Below, in pieces: positions 62,300 to 64,000 of a stretch of DNA of 64,000 nt. The DNA is taken from contig OZ210885.1 of assembly GCA_964658305.1 (NCBI GenBank), forward strand, positions 18,476,001 through 18,540,000, given 5' to 3'. The DNA is from Leptogorgia sarmentosa (Eukaryota). The number at the start of each line of letters is the position of its first letter. Position 1 is the stretch's first letter. A model generated the notes under the pieces. The model was not told the DNA's origin and made no database searches. It saw only the letters and a list, made by a program, of their open reading frames with translations. Made by a program: the position numbers and the translations under genes.

Positions 62300-63605
62300 G
62301 CCTACATGAACAAGAGCACAAGAACAGTGAAGACGAAGAAGTCGAGAAAGACAACTACGAACTGTCAGATTTGAAAAATAAGTATAAAAATACCGGACCG
62401 AGATCGTTGTGGGACGCCGATTACATTGACGATATGTCCAAAAACCATGACCAGCCGACAATTTAAAAAAATAAAGTAAGAAACATATTCCAAAAAGACA
62501 GGACATCCTGAGAATACAATATATGATTCAAAACAAGACGCAGTTTGATACTGTCAATTTTCGACTCTATTACAAAGTCATCTTCAGGCAGAATGAAATA
62601 CAATACTTTACACAACACATATATATACAACGCAGAGAGAGAGCATCTGTCATTTCGCTTCGCTTGGATAATCCTTCTTTCTGCCCACATGACAGATGCT
62701 CTCTCTCTGCGTTGTATATATATGTGTTGTGTAAAGTATTGTATTTCATTCTGTCTGAAGATGACTTTGTAATAGAGTCGAAAATTTACAGTATCAAACT
62801 GCATCTTGTTTTGAATCACATATCGTATTCTCAAGATGTCCTGTCTTTTCGGAATTTGTTTCTTACTTTATTGACGATATGGTTGACATTATTACAAACA
62901 GTGAAAATTATAAGAAAAACTTATATTCACAAACACCAAGAAGGCGACAAATAGCGAGGTTTACAAGCTCGTTTTAAAAGAGATGAAGAAAGGACACCCC
63001 TTTATCTCTTTCACCATCCAATAAATGAGAAACAAATTCAAGTGGTGTGTAAGCAAGTGCAAGAAAGTAGCTCTAACCATACAAACAGCTACAGGCATCA
63101 AAAGATTTGTGGAGGAAAAAGGATTCAGCAAGTGGTTTGATCTCTTGTTCCCATTGATCAAAAGCAGGGATTCTTGCCAACCAGAGCGAGCGATTGAACC
63201 ATCGACCAGCAGACCAAGCAGTTCAGCTTCCTGTTCCAGTTCAAGTGGAACCAGCAGAGTCTCTTCAGGCACACTAACTGATTACGTGGAAAACGATGAA
63301 GAAAAAGAAGAGGCCACAGAAAAGATGTCTGTCCCAATTAGGAAAAAATAAAAAATAATGAAGCAGAAGCAATTGGAAAAATGCTGAAAATAATGGAAAC
63401 AATGGTTGAGAACAATCCAACAAAAGATCTCTTAAAATTTATAAAAGAGGATGCAGAGAGGTCATGGCAAACCGAACAGGAGCTGTTGAGGCTGTTAGCA
63501 ATACAATGTCAACAACATCTTTTACAGCACGTGCCACAGCAAACATTTGTGCCCCAGAATCAGTACTACCACGGTTCACCACAACAATGCTGGGGGCAAA
63601 CATAA
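62300..63605 (+). pseudogene. Myb/SANT(trihelix)-like DNA-binding protein relic, probably a PIF/Harbinger accessory gene
   Basis: RSLWDADYIDDM|VDIITN (restored by removing the insertion)...MRNKFKWCVSKCK...KWFDLLFPLIKSR, followed by an S-rich, coiled-coil and Q-rich tail. Several stops/frameshifts. Confidence 0.55.
62437..62869. mobile_element. Palindromic insertion, probably a Penelope-like retroelement fragment
   Basis: ~184-bp inverted arms 62470-62653 / 62689-62872; 12-bp direct repeat ATTGACGATATG (62425-62436 / 62870-62881); CTGAAGA...GAAA hammerhead-like core. Confidence 0.6.
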
Positions 63606-64000
63606 CCATTGTCTCCAGAAACCACCCCTGAAAGAATAAACACATGCAGTGCACCTGCATTTCAGGAAGCAACAAAGATATATATATAACACTTTAGGAA
63701 AACTTCTAGGACTCATAAGACCATATGATATCTGTGCATGTTACTTTAAATAGCTTGTTATTTTGAATTGTGTTGTGCATAAAAAAACATTTGATTTTTA
63801 GAACAGGGTAATTGATGGTGAATTGTTATAATGGCATGAATAGTTACTAACAATACTACACTAATTTCCCACATATTAATTACTAGTAATAAAGTTTTTC
63901 TATCACCAATATACTATTTTACAACTATCATTCACACATATCGAAGAAGTTAAAAATGTCAGCACACTCCATTTCTTAGTTTTTCCTTCCATACCTTTTC

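Noticed and set aside
62463..62954. Mirror-image ORFs on both strands
   Set aside because: Artefacts of the palindrome.

Overview
This is a eukaryotic (animal; probably a cnidarian or similar invertebrate, by inference from TE content) window made almost entirely of nested mobile DNA, much of it inserted into a ~375-bp satellite array. No ordinary host gene is recognisable. From left to right: a decayed Polinton/adintovirus morphogenesis fragment (1-1545); the end of a CACTA/EnSpm element (to 3361); and a second, left-truncated EnSpm element (~3698-39910). This EnSpm hosts (i) a hAT-type MITE that in turn hosts a structurally complete ~10.9-kb Helentron (2A peptide, herpes-tegument-like cysteine protease, Rep, PIF1 helicase, AP endonuclease, plus a convergent RPA-like gene), (ii) a 9.1-kb Mutator/MULE with an OTU-like N-terminus and three head-to-tail non-autonomous Helentrons in an intron, and (iii) an intact Copia. 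Next come a Zator-like element (40662-54947) with a divergent SAM-domain gene interrupted by a long-TIR Sola3; an old Helitron relic split by an intact 4.5-kb Merlin that carries a second, spliced gene for a DUF3987-like P-loop NTPase; and a Myb/SANT relic interrupted by a palindromic, Penelope-like insertion. Most insertions have directly readable TIRs/LTRs and target-site duplications. Family names come from motif recognition by eye, not from database searches. The best candidates for novelty are the two-gene Merlin+ATPase element and the 2A-deubiquitinase-Rep/Hel/EN Helentron.
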